Origin: Harriotta raleighana
Taxonomy: Eukaryota
NCBI GenBank assembly: GCA_050575255.1
Contig: JBNZDD010013494.1
Span: 584,557-648,556, forward strand
DNA: 64,000 nt
Direction: 5' to 3'
Shown here: positions 37,751 to 50,588 of the stretch, in pieces
Layout: every line of letters begins with the position of its first letter
Position numbering within the stretch: position 1 is the first letter of the stretch
Made by a program: the position numbers and the translations under genes
The notes under the pieces: model-generated
What the model saw: the letters and a program-made list of their open reading frames with translations, nothing else
What the model was told of the DNA's origin: nothing
Databases searched by the model: none

Positions 37751-39802
37751 CCTGACGTGATTCATATTATTTTAATATAATTATCATATATTTTATAATG
37801 ATGCACCTCTTCCCCCACCCCACCCCCAACACTGAATTCCCACTCTCAACTCTGTCAATTCTCACTCTCACCAAATTCCCTAACAGAAGTTTCACTCTGT
37901 TCCACCTCACTCAGTTCCCTCCTCACTCAGCTGGGCTTTCTGGGCAAGTGATCTTCTATCATACCTGATAGCGACCAGCATATTAGAGGGCAGCACATTA
38001 TCACACGTATTTCACAATAATACGCACTCAGAGATGCTACCGTGTGTGAATAACCCTGTATAAATGCAAGTTGTTATATTTTGAACAGAAAAATCTTTCC
38101 GCAAAATGTCCAAAAATATCTTTAAAAGTATATTCTTCAATTCATCACATTTCTGAGGGTCAGTTTTTTTTTAAAAAATTCACAGCAATGGCACAGACTT
38201 TACTTGAAAAAGTACAAGACCGTTTCCTTACACAAAGTGCATTGACATCATTTAATGGATTCTCAGATTACTCATCCCACCAGAGTTTTTTTGTTAAAAA
38301 ATCAAGATCAGTGCCCTTCCTGTTTTGTGTAGCTGGATGGTCCTTTGCGTGCTGAAGCCGTCACTGTAAACAGAAACAGAACAAAGTCATTTCTTTGTTC
38401 CCGGAAACAGGAAGTTTTCCGAAATGTGCCCAGAAGCAGCTTTTGTTACTGTTAGTTGACTGCTCTGGGGCAGCACAATCATCTAGTCAGTCAGTTAGCC
38501 CCCCCCACCCCCTCCCCCCCACACACAAAACTCTGGCAAAGTCATTTATTTACCCAACTAAAAGTGGAAATCAGCAACCACTCCACTTCTTCTCTTGTCG
38601 TTAAAATGTGTGCTTTCCTAAAAGCATTTGTTTACCGCAGCAGTGACTCAGCCCACTGGTGAGATTTCTAAGAATCCAGTAGATATGGAAAGTGGAATAT
38701 ATAATTTGTGGTTATTCATCTTAAAATGCATCCTTCCACCCCCCACCCAACCCCCTCTGTTTCAGCTGCATGGTGTACTATGAAGATGGACTGAAGCTCG
38801 AATTTCAATCTCCACATTGACGTTTTTTCCTACTCATTTTTAATTGTCTACAATACGTTTTGCTACTCAGTCACATAGGATGCAAATGTGTTGAATCTTC
38901 TGGTTGAACTGGGTGTATTGGATTAGGGGAAAATGTCCCAATTCCTGGAGCCTTCTTGGAATAGATGAATCATGGCCAGAAAGCAAGAAGCATGGACATG
39001 ATAAAAGCATGAATGAGACTCTCAGCAACCCCACAATTATTAATTATTAATTAAAATGTTACTCTGCATTCAACAATGTCAGTTCAGCATAGAAACTGAA
39101 GTATAGTACAATAAATTGTGAACAAACATCTAGAGCATCAGGTAGTTCGGATAACTGATATTTTAGTTGCATTCAGATAAACAGCTTTGTAAGACTTCCT
39201 TCGACTTCATTTCAAGAAACAGATGATCCACTTTTCAGCAGATATTGATGCATCTAAAATATAATCAGCGCTAATCTTCATAACAATTTCTCCTAAAATG
39301 GCACCAGCTATAAATCTTTGGTCTATAGTTTATACCTTGTACAATATACAAATTCAGATGCATAAATTACTTTGACCTCAGTTTAGAAAAGTATGTTTCT
39401 CTTAATACAATTTTTTTTATCACAAATTGTAAAGTATTGTATATTTATGACACTGCATTGAATCTCATTTATTGTGACAAATTCAAAATATGTAGAGTAA
39501 AGCTTGAGCTGTTTTTGCTCAATACGTTAATTAAAATTTATTTTTCTACAAGCTCTTAAATTGTGTGAAAAAGCTTGTCTCGTTACTGCACAATGTTACT
39601 ACACAATGATGTTTGCTTTGGAATCTTTTTAGTTCTCACAATAGGAATGTGTTTCTGTGAAGAGCACACCAGGAATGTTTCACACAAATATTAAGTTGCT
39701 GGCTGACAAACCAATCCGAGTTTATGTTGATCATATTTGAATGTTCACATATCACCCTGAACATCGAGATTTTCTTTGCTGTACGTTTGCCCCATTTTCT
39801 AC

Positions 39803-40387
39803 CGCCTCATCAAAACAAGATCATCAAAGCATCTCCAAATACCCACTCACTCTCCCCCCTCGCCAAAGGTTCACACATAATTTATTCTGTCGTTATCTAA
39901 CTGCATCCAGGATATCACCCTGAGATATCACCACAAAATTACATTTGTATTGAGACTTGCATGTTGGGAGGAGGTTCACGGGTGCTTAACAAACCTGGCT
40001 TGGCACCTGAGCACCGAGCATCTGGGTGCAACAATGAGGAGCAATGCAATGAATGCAAAAGCGTTCAGAATAACAAGTTTAAGATTAACGATCGNCGCCT
40101 CATCAAAACAAGATCATCAAAGCATCTCCAAATACCCACTCACTCTCCCCCCTCGCCAAAGGTTCACACATAATTTATTCTGTCGTTATCTAACTGCATC
40201 CAGGATATCACCCTGAGATATCACCACAAAATTACATTTGTATTGAGACTTGCATGTTGGGAGGAGGTTCACGGGTGCTTAACAAACCTGGCTTGGCACC
40301 TGAGCACCGAGCATCTGGGTGCAACAATGAGGAGCAATGCAATGAATGCAAAAGCGTTCAGAATAACAAGTTTAAGATTAACGATCG
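39803..40387. repeat. 292-bp tandem duplication joined by a single N (40095); probable assembly overlap
   Basis: Offset of 293, apparently identical copies, junction at the N. Confidence 0.9.
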
Positions 40388-40433
40388 AAAAAGAGAATTT
40401 CAGAGGAAGGAAGGTGTGAGGGCACAATGCTCA

Positions 40434-40750
40434 GAGAGTCCTGTAGCTCAGCGCCTTGATCCCGACACGAAAGGCACTTTACAAATGTAATTTGTTGTAA
40501 TATCTCGGTGCTTAGAGCACTTGCCTCGCAAGATAGAAATCTGGGTTCGATTCCCAGCAGGGCAAAACCTTGGGCAAGTTTCCTTACTCCATGCGCCTGA
40601 TAATAATCCCTCAAGAAAAAACAAGAATTGATCACTTCAGTCCATAAAGTGACTTCAGTCCATGTTTGTGGAACACTGCAGTGCACAATTGACTGCTGTG
40701 TTTCTCCCACAAATGTACAGTCAATTCACTTTACAGTGTATTCTGTGAAG
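40434..40750 (+). mobile_element. SINE with a short L2 tail inserted in its head
   Basis: GAGTCCTGTAGCTCAG, then an L2 tail (GAAAGGCACTTTACAAATGTAATTTGTTG), then the SINE resumes at TTAGAGCACTTGCC. Confidence 0.75.
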
Positions 40751-41849
40751 AGGCTGAAGGTTCGACCACTGATGGAGTGGCTGGGCCAGAGCCTGCTGAG
40801 CGGAGAAAGTGGACAGGTCAAAGAAGTTGGGAGGGGGCAAGTCCATGGTGAGTCTTGAAGGTGAAGATGGAAATTGTTGAACAGCTCAACTCTCTGAGGG
40901 ATAGGACTATTAACAAAATGGGACATATTTACAATTGATAATTTAACATTCAATCAAATACCAAAGTGTGCAAATTGATTCTTCTAACCTAAGAACACAC
41001 ACATACATACAGAAATCGGATTTTACAAGCCCACTGACTTACTTATTTAGACCACTTAGGGGCAGTCAGATCAAGACAATAATGCTTAGTGAAAGCAAAT
41101 AAACTGCTCTAGGTAATTGTCTTACAATTTGGGAAACCCTCCAAGTTTGTTCCAGATGTCGCTACTGCCTAAATAGTTCTTTGACTTACTCTTGTGGGTC
41201 CCGCCCTCCTAGGAAGTAACAACAAAATTTACTCTGCTGCACATTTCATTAATCTTGGGTTAATGATGCGCTTTGCCAAGATTTTGTTATCAGAGAATAA
41301 CAATTGCCGAGTTTAGTGGAAACATTCAATCTGCACTGTTCTGTGCACAACAACCAATTGAAATGCCAGGAACTAAAATAGTGCACCTCAAACATAAAAT
41401 TAAAGGTACAGTACTTCTGAACACTTTCTGACTTTGCTTAGAACACAGATGATAATAAAAGTTGAATTTTGAAGCCTAGAAATTGTTTTAAATAGCTAAT
41501 TTTCTAATGCAATCCTCGCTGTTCTCCCCAGTTACATCATTCACTAGATCCACCCAATCCAAACATCTTTAAATCTCACTTTAAAATCTACCCCTGTGAC
41601 CATGTGAACAGTCATCTATGTGAAGGGCACAATACTACAATGCCAATGGTAGTAGTAAATAGTCTATTTCGCCCACAAATATAGTCAACTTTTCCTGCTT
41701 TTCTTCCCCCTCCCCCTCCCCCCACTTGACTGTACAGCGCCTTGGGACGTCCTCCCGACATGAAAGCCGCTATATAAATATAAATAAATTAAATTTTAAA
41801 AAATTGACAAAAATAGCTAAGATATCAAATCCAAATGTCCTTTCAATGG

Positions 41850-42530
41850 ATCCATTAAATACTTCAAATCACTGAGGTGGTTAGATTTTTCTTAAGTGAG
41901 GGTTTCAAGGCACATGGGGCAAAGGCAAGTATTTGAAGTTGAGGTACAGATCAGCCATGATCTAATAAATGGTCAAACAGGCTTGAGAGGCTGAATGACC
42001 TACTCCTGTTCCTATGTTCCTAATGCTGGATGGGCACTCAAACTGGGAGTGGGAGCTGTGCGGGGTGGAAAGGGAAATATGACCAAAAGTATGATCCAAG
42101 AGGTATGTTTTGAGATGTGCTTTGATTGAACAAGGGGATGTAGGGAACAAGTCAAAGGAATTCAAGGGAGGAATTCTACAGAGAAAGAGCCAAATGGCTG
42201 AAAGAGCACTCGATGGTGGCACTGATAGGACCAGAGATTTCAGCGATTTAGGACATCCTCCCACCATGAAAGACGCTGTACAAATGTAATTTTGTTATTG
42301 TTGTTGAGATATGAAATGGGCCAGTATTCTCTGAACAAAGGAAGTTGGAAAGGGTTGAAAGGCAGAGGTTGGGATGGGTGCGAAGGAATGACGTGAGAAC
42401 AAGTATCTTGAATTCGATCTGCTGGAGAACAGGAGCCAGTGCAGGCTGGAGGTCATAGGCAAAACCTGATGTGGGAGAGAAACCAAGGCTGCAGAGTTCT
42501 GGATATCTACCACTTACGTAGGGAAGAGTT
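41850..42530. mobile_element. Cluster of a CR1 3' end (+, about 41850-42020) and a decayed L2 (-, about 42040-42530) with an inserted plus-strand L2 tail
   Basis: CR1 tail GAATGACCTACTCCTGTTCCTATGTTCCT; L2 peptides IKAHLKTYLLD and SSLHWL. Confidence 0.7.
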
Positions 42531-44494
42531 GGAAATGTGAGTAACAGATTTTATCCCCCAATCGAATGGTTGCTAAAACATGAACAAATACAAGGAAAAT
42601 TATGAAGACAAGTAGGTAGTAAGACCACACAACCCAATAGTGGATTGACGTAGTACTTTATTTAAGCAGTCTGTAAGAAGGAAAATAATGTGCATCCCTA
42701 TCATATACATTTATGTGTAAAAATACTAAGGATGTACAGTGTACAAAAACATTTTGTTGCAGTTTTTCACATCCTTGTGGGTCATATACTTAAGGAAATA
42801 AACAGTTAAATCTTACTGACAGTAAATACAGTTCACTAAGGTTTAGTCCCTTTTGCTTAAAATCCTTAACCATATGGACTAGATCTTTATGGACCTAATG
42901 ATAGAACTAGGAAGGTCAAGAACTTTCACAAATCCTAGGCTACACAGAGGCAAAATTAATTACCAGTTTAAGAATTTAAAATAAATACTTTACATTTTTC
43001 ATGCTCATCTGTAATACACTACTAGTAGCAGATACAGGAAGTTCTATTTTAGACAGTACAAATAGTAGCAGCAAAGTGTTTTACATTGAGGTGTAATATA
43101 TAGACCCTGCAGTTAGTAGAGGATCCCACCTTGTCACCTTGCCAGTATACTGTGATAGCAATGCATGGCCTCAACAAGAATGGTCAACCTTGTGAAGCTG
43201 CAAATAAGGTGAATACGTGTTATAGTCATAAGAGTACTGAGATTCAAAATGCCACAGGAATGTGACAGTAAATGGATTAGTGTATAAAGCAAAGCTGAAG
43301 AATCTTCACAAAAAGGGATGGCCTGTTTGCCCAAAGATGGTTGCAGTATAAGAGGGCATACTTTGTAAAGGTCAGCGCAAACTGAATCCGCAAAGGTCTA
43401 GACTTTGCACATGAAGTATCTGAAAACTGGTAAAATAGGCAAAACACAAATCTTCCTATGGATTGACAGGTTGAGTAAACTTGTACAAAAAAAAATAAAA
43501 AGAGACTAGCACTGTAAAATGTTATCAACCACCATTACCTCTAGACTTCCAGCAAGAACTGTTCAGTGGTGGTAGAAGTTCTGTGATACATACAATCATT
43601 ACTACTAAAAATAAATACTACAGCTGTTTAACGTTTGTACATTCAAAACACTGGGGTAAAAAAAAAGCTAATCCACAAGTTTACAGGCAAACATTACTGT
43701 TCACCAACCAAAGTTGGGCAACACAAATATTCTACCCACATAAATTTGGTGAAAAGCATAAGTCTCTTAACTTTATGCCCGTCTACATTCTTCAGCCATC
43801 ATAAAACATATACAGGCAGAGGTGCAGAGTATCCATGAAAGTCGTAAAAAAAATTCTGCGATTGCACTTGATAAGTCTATAATTTGTCTGCTGGACTGGC
43901 AAAAACCAAGCCAGTCACATGAGTTGGTACTTTCATTGAAAATGTTGACAGGGATTGAGTCCTGGCAACTGCTCACAAGTCCCCATTAGGCCAGCTGTTA
44001 ATGACATTCATTTCTTCAGTGATATGTCTAACAGAAACCTGCATACCTGTCATATATCACAAACCAATGTTTGCTATGACCAGCAGAAATGAATACAACA
44101 AAAGGAACACAAATCTCATCAGTTACTTAAAATTCATCTGGGTTTTTTGTCATTATTATGAAATTTTGTCAAATGCCTTCTTCAGCCTCTATTAAAACTT
44201 GGTTTCATTTACAGGCTGAAATGCATAAATGCTGCATCATGTACAATACATCCTATTAGGACTTCATATGTTTAAAAATACTCTTTGCAGTACAATTATG
44301 TCAAAATAGTAGGAGGTAACAGCTTGAATCCTCAGACTGACATTTAGATTCATGCAAAACATTCAACTCGAAATGATTCCTGAAGATGCCTTGCGTCTGA
44401 AATCAAGTATAGTACAACCTCCTATACTGTTCAGGAATGATTTCAAGTGATACACCATGATGACAGTTGAGCAGCAAAAAACAAAATGACAGTT

Positions 44495-44580
44495 CTATTC
44501 TCTTCCACTGGCAGAGTACGAGAACTGGGGGAAGTGTGGTCTCCTCTCATTGTCCATGCAGTCCATGCCGTCCTCGTCAT
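44495..44580 (-). CDS. AKT3: AKT3 last coding exon ((Y)[27 protein letters not shown]), with hydrophobic motif FPQFSY
   Basis: Acceptor ttgttcacag|AT; T+AT completes Tyr from the previous exon; stop TAG at 44497-44495. The C-terminal peptide is diagnostic of AKT3 rather than AKT1/AKT2. Confidence 0.97.
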
Positions 44581-45051
44581 CTGTGAACAAATGAAATCAG
44601 AAAGCTTGTAACAGACATTCAAATCCAGAGAAGATTCATTTATGACCATTCACTGTATCATTTAAAGCTTAATATGCTGCAGTTCTGCTGCCCTCATAAT
44701 TAGATATCCCATTGCAATGATTATTCAGGTAAATAGAATCATAGAATCTTTACAGCATAAGGAGGCCATTCGGGCCATCAAGCCTGTGCCTGCTCTTTAC
44801 CTCAAAGCTATTGCATTCATTTCCCCACATGATAATGTACATCTAAATAAGAATTTACTTTTGCAGTAGATAAGAACTGGCAAAAACTTAGTCAATTATA
44901 TTTGAAAGTAAAATGTAAAACCAATGATTTCATCATGAGAGAACTCTGCACATTTCATCCTTCCATGTAGTGCGTCACACCAAAATATCTGATATTCCTA
45001 CTCATGAGAAGATTGATGCAGAAACACAGATATTTAAAAGCAAAAACAATA

Positions 45052-45848
45052 TAGTAAAACCTCGTGTATCCGTGACTCGAATAATCGGAAAACCCGTTCA
45101 ACCGCCACCTCAAAAAAAAGTCCCGATTCGGTTAACCGGAAGTTATCCGGTGACGCGTTTAATGTCAGGTCTAAACTCGTTCCGGATCCTTTTAAAGTCG
45201 CGTTTTTTTTATACCTCGTTTGCATGAGTTGGAGCATGGGCTCCAAAGGTGCGTCTCTCTCTCCCCCAATCACAGTCTCTCTCTCACATTCTCTCCCCCA
45301 ATCATAGTCTCTCTCTCAGTCTCTCTCTCAGTGTCTTTCTCTCCCCCAATCACAGTCTCTCTCTCTCTCTCAGTCTCTCCCAATCACAGTCTCTCTCTCT
45401 CAGTTTCTCTCTCTGAGGCTGAGATGCGGGAAAGCATAATGGAGCGAGAGAGAGAGAGAATGGCAGGCAAGTTGATGCAGAGAAAGGAGGGAGAGAGAGG
45501 AAAGGGGGGGGGTGAGGATTATGGACAAAATTTATATGATGGATTCAGACTGAATATCTTTGAGGGTCTGTGTGTGTGTGCTGGGCATTAGGTCTAAACT
45601 TGTTGCTTTTTAAAGTCGCGTTTTGTTTTACCTCCCATCGAATCAGTGCTGCAATTGCAAAGTTAAGTATAAATAATAATGTACCAATAGAATATTCTGT
45701 TACTATTTAGTCTATAATTTATATAATATGTGTTAAAATAATTTTTAATTTAAAAAATATTATTTTTTTAAAAATCCGTTCAACCGGAAAAACGGTTTAA
45801 CCACCACTGGCCAGGTCCCGTTTGTGCCGGATAAGTGAGGTTTTACTG
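45052..45848. mobile_element. Tc1/mariner (pogo/Tigger-like) MITE with internal TC-rich minisatellite; related to 3304-3645
   Basis: TIRs TAGTAAAACCTCGTGTATCCG and CGGATAAGTGAGGTTTTACTG, TA flanks; shares AATATTCTGTTACTATTTA with the 3304 element. Confidence 0.8.
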
Positions 45849-45954
45849 TACATACATAAATAAAGGATTATAAGTTTTGTTGAACCTTTCAAAAACTATG
45901 AATCATATTCCATACTGGACCTTTCGTATTCCATATTACACATTTAGCACAGTA

Positions 45955-46265
45955 CAACAACAACTTTGATTTATAAAGCGCCCTCCACGCTGGATGGCGA
46001 CTCAGAGCACTTCACAATAACAGATCCCGGGCCCGAGCCAGGGAGAGGGGGAAAAAGGTGACCGAAGGTGCGGTCGAAAAGAAAGATCTTCAGCTGAGAC
46101 CTGAAACTAGGAAGAGAGGGGGCGAGGAGAAGGGAGTGAGGAAGGGAGTTCCAGAGCTTTGAGGCGTAGTGGCTGAAGGCACGTCTGACGATAGTGGATC
46201 GGAGGATTCGTGGGACAAGGAGGAGACCAGAACTGGAGGAGCGAAGGCAACGGGTACTGTTTTGC
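45955..46265 (-). mobile_element. L2-type LINE 3' end, second subfamily
   Basis: Peptide RRAFSHYASKLWNSLP...FRSQLKIFLFD and (CAA)n tail. Confidence 0.88.
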
Positions 46266-48869
46266 ACATGTACAATCAAGAAATAAGCACTTCACAAACT
46301 AATTCTTGGACCATATATAAAAGCATTGCATGCTCACAATAAGCAAATATATTTAAGCATTTTTTTCTGCATAAATAATGCATTTATACAGATTGTAAGA
46401 AATAAAACTCTTAATCGGTTAATCAAGTCAGCACCTTAGGTTAGTTTTCAGATCTTTTTGTGTGTACAGTACTTCAAAAATATTGCAGGGAACATTTTGA
46501 TACAATCCTTCAAAAGGAAGCTTTGAAACAATAGGCAGTGAGGTTAAAAATAGCTTGTGTCCTTCCTTTGACTTCTTGTGTTGCATCATTTCAGATTTGC
46601 TCTTTGTTCTCAGCGGCTGGAATTCAGTGAAATGCTGCTCTCAGCTGAACATTTGTGTCCTTTACGGCACAGTTCGGCTTCACTCTAAAAAGGAAGGAAA
46701 AGATCACCTTTATCTCAGTGTGGAAGGCAGCATTTGTAATTGGGTTGGCAAATATATTTCTAAGTATATGGAATATATATTTTACCTGTTTGTGTAATTC
46801 AGGATGCGGTGGGCGGAGTACAGTATTCTTGCGTTCGGAAATCTTCCCACGTGCATCATATAGTGTAAAAGTGATATGCAGAAGCATGAATCGGAGTACA
46901 TTCAATTGGATAAGCAACTTTAGAAAAAGTATCACCTGATCTTTTGTCTACTTCTTCAAAGCACTGATTATAATAAACGTTACTGCTTTGCCAATGATGC
47001 TGCTGTATTTAAAAGCAGCCGCTGACTGGTGTACATCACATACAGCCAGCAGCGGGTCCTGTCATTTGTTAAGATGTAGAAATGCACAGTGTAAAAATCT
47101 AACTCTGATTTTGGAGAGTTTGGATCAAACAAAAAAACTTCTTCTTGGTGTAGTAGCGAGCACCTTCAGACAGATTCTCTTATCGTAACAGAACTGCCAG
47201 ACTGAATAATGATAAGTCAATATATGTTGTTTCACAAATCACAAAGAAACGATTTTTATACTGAGAAGGATGTTCTATGTGAACTGCAGTTTTCCTTAGC
47301 ATAACAGCAATGAATCATCCACACAAAGTTGCTGAGATGGAAAATGTGCAGACTGAAATTTTTTAAGCAGGTGATCTAGTAGCAGACGGTCATGGCCCCT
47401 GTCCTTGGCATTGCTGTTGAAGCACCAGAACTTCATTAAAAACCTGGAACAGAATATTGGTTTCCCCCAAGAGGGGCATGGAAATCAACTGGCTGCTGGT
47501 CCAATATAAATGAAGTCTTGGTTTCCTCTGTAGAGCAAATCATAGCTCAAAAAATATGTCATCCTTAACCCAGGACCTGGGCTTCCAGTGAACTAACTGC
47601 TTCCAATTAGTCTCCTTCCACTGACAGATTGAGTAACACAAAAGCCTCTTATTCTCACAGTGTGTGCACATTGAGAGTGATTCTTCACTTTATTTCTTCA
47701 ACTTTTAACATTAGTTTCATGTATCCTTCATAAGTACCCACATATTTATCATCTATGTGGGATAAAAAGGCTTTGCCACATACAACCTCTGACATGATAA
47801 ATACCAGATCCTGATCCCCACTATAAAGCCGGGTAACAAATGACAGAGGATATTTTACCATATGTAATGCATATTAATGCAATTAATTTATTTGTCCATT
47901 TGAATTTTTTTCACATTCATACAATCTCTGTGACACATTTGCCTAATAAAAAAAAAGAGCCAGTATTAGATACTGTCAATGTTGCTCTCTAGCCAGCCAG
48001 GAGGAAGTGAAGAGCAGTTTGGAGTGACTAGCCACAGATTTCTCCTTACCACTACTCTACACTAAGGCATGACATCTCTATGAACAAGTGAACAACTGAA
48101 CAATTATTTAATAACATTTATTCAACTGATTTAAAACAAAAATGTATTCCCACATTCGGTTACTAAAAGCATTAATACATTTGATATAGCGTCTTTCATA
48201 CATTTAGCATTTATTTTGAATACATAGTCACTCCAGTTTATATTCTGTGAATCACTTTCACCTCAACAAAGTGATAAGATCCTAGGATTATGATTATTAT
48301 TCGTGTCAGGAAGATGCCTTACAGAGCTGTGCAGCATTTACTGTAAAGTGCAATGACAATATTTTTGTGACTGATTGCAGCACAGTAATATCTCACAAAC
48401 AGTCATGAAGCGATTGACCAATTTTATTTAGAGGGAATGTCGGCCAGGACACATTTTTGAATAGTACCATGGGATCTTTAATGTCCACCTGGACAGGCAG
48501 ACAGGTCCTCAGTTTAAAATCTCTTCTGAAGTCCAGCATTTCCAACAAAGTAGCTCTCCCTCAGGAGAGCACAGGAGTGTCAACCTAGACTGAGTTCTGA
48601 CATAGGGCTTGAACCCATAACCTTCTGGCTCAGAGCCAATGGAATAACTGAAGAGGGAATTAGAATATAAAGTAGTGAATATTCAGAAGGGAATTGAAAC
48701 TGGAAATTGAAATTAATAAAAATTAGAGAGTAAAGCAATAATAGTGGTGCAAATTCTATTTTTTTTCTGAAAATTTCTACACATTACAACTTTCCCATCT
48801 GCTCCCTCCAGTTCACAGAGCCAGCGTTGTTCAACTATCACCTCTCTTTAAGCGTTTCATCTGGTTGAT

Positions 48870-49390
48870 CAATATTCACAACATCACCCACCTTAATTGT
48901 TATCTGACCCGCAATGCAACCAAAATTCTCTTTTATGACTATGTCACCCACAAACTTGATTTATCCAACATTCTGTTGTTTGCCCTTTCCCAGCTCAAAC
49001 TATTTTACAAGCTCCAGATCAACCAGAACTCTGAAGCCCACGTTCTCTCCTGTACCAGGTTCTCAAGTCCATCACCCCCACATTTAGCAGGATCCACACT
49101 CTAGTGCATTGACTTTAATATTCTTGTTCTAATCTTTAAATGCCTCCATACCCTTATCTCAGCTCTACTGCTATGATCTGCTTTAATCCTATTCCCATCC
49201 ACTCCACCCAATCCAGACTTGCTTCCTGTCCCCACCTTCTCCACCCCCCATTGGTCAGCAACTTTTACCCCACTCTGTGGAATTCTCTCCCTAAATTCCT
49301 AATTCTGGCATCTTATATTTGCTTTCAAATTACTCCTAAAAACCTCTCTCTTTGTGTCCTTTTCCTCTTTCCCAACCCCCTCAACTCCCA
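48870..49390 (+). mobile_element. Highly decayed L2-type fragment
   Basis: Remnant peptides THKLDLSNILL, KLQINQNSEAHVL and TLWNSLP. Confidence 0.65.
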
Positions 49391-50588
49391 TCACGTATGG
49401 GCTTCTATTGTGCATGGAAAATAGGTAGACTTCCTGTGCTCAACACAGACAATGTTCCTACAACTTTTCTTCAAAGTACATTTCGAAACAGTCACCTTAC
49501 TCAGTAATAATAATCAAATCATTCCAAAATAGACACCTCATTGACCTGGATATGTGAATGTATACATGGGAAACAGTCAATTCAGAATAAACAAAATGCA
49601 CCTTTTTAGTGGGTTTCATTAAGACTGAATCGTCTACAAAAGCAGTGCTCTGGCCTACGCAAACCTTAGCTGGCTCCACAGTCAAATTACCACCAGCAAA
49701 TAAAACACAGGTTGCTGCCGTCTTAGCTCCCATGTGCAGGTTTAACAGAACCTGCATTCAATCAGCCATCTATTCTCACCACAGTGAAACGCAGCACAGC
49801 AAAGACCTCGTACAACATGTGTGTACATTGTTCTTTGTTTCATTACACAGATTTAATAGAACTTTGATTGAAAGCAAATCCCATTATTATTGACTCTGAT
49901 GTAATTGACGATGAATATTTTTCATTATTACAAAGCTAAATATATACAACATTGAATCTAAGTCTTAATTAAATAATCCTTGAATTTGATTTAGTCACTT
50001 AACATGTTGACATGTCTCAAAAGCGCTTTGCAGGATGGCACTGTGAAATATAGTGATAGTAAAATATAGTGACAGTATACCTGAAGGCAAACCAACAGCC
50101 AATTTGCGCACAACAGTGTCCTACTAACAGACATGTGATGATTTATCAATTGTTTTGACAGTCCAGGTTCTCCACACAAAACATTGGCAATATCCTTTGT
50201 TTACCTATTCATTTGTTGGTGAAAGTACAAATAGAGTAGATTCACAATGAGGAAATGGTTCCTCTTAACAGTCAGGCCTTCAAGTCAACCCACATTATTT
50301 CTCACTCCGTTTTATTAAAGTGAATACAACCAAAACATTTCATATATTTGAACAATAACTTTTAAAAATATTTGAACTGTCCTTGCATTTTATCATGAAG
50401 GTCGGTGAAAACATCAGTTCTCCTTCATTTTATCCCCCGATAACTCCACAAAGATATTATCCTTTGATTTTAAAATTCAAAAAGTATATTCACAGTGCAA
50501 TTCAGACACCAACACTCTGAGGTAAATAGCACCATTTGTATTTGGAGTGACATTCGGTTACAATCTATAACTTTGCATATTTACTTAC

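Larger units (their letters stand above)
39450..44494 (-). other. AKT3: Probable AKT3 3' UTR (distal end uncertain)
   Basis: Follows the stop codon; AT-rich and repeat-free from about 42550 to 44494. Minus-strand AATAAA at 42657-42662, 39537-39542 and 39468-39473. Confidence 0.5.

Noticed and set aside
39803-40387. 292-bp tandem repeat in the presumptive UTR
   Set aside because: Joined by one N with apparently identical copies; same artefact pattern, as also at 29582-29698.
41521-41600. ttctccccag|TTA as the SDCCAG8 last exon
   Set aside because: Downstream sequence resembles a decayed L2 3' end, not a SDCCAG8 peptide.
45220-45591. 123-aa S/L/V-rich ORF
   Set aside because: Translation of the TC-rich minisatellite inside a MITE.
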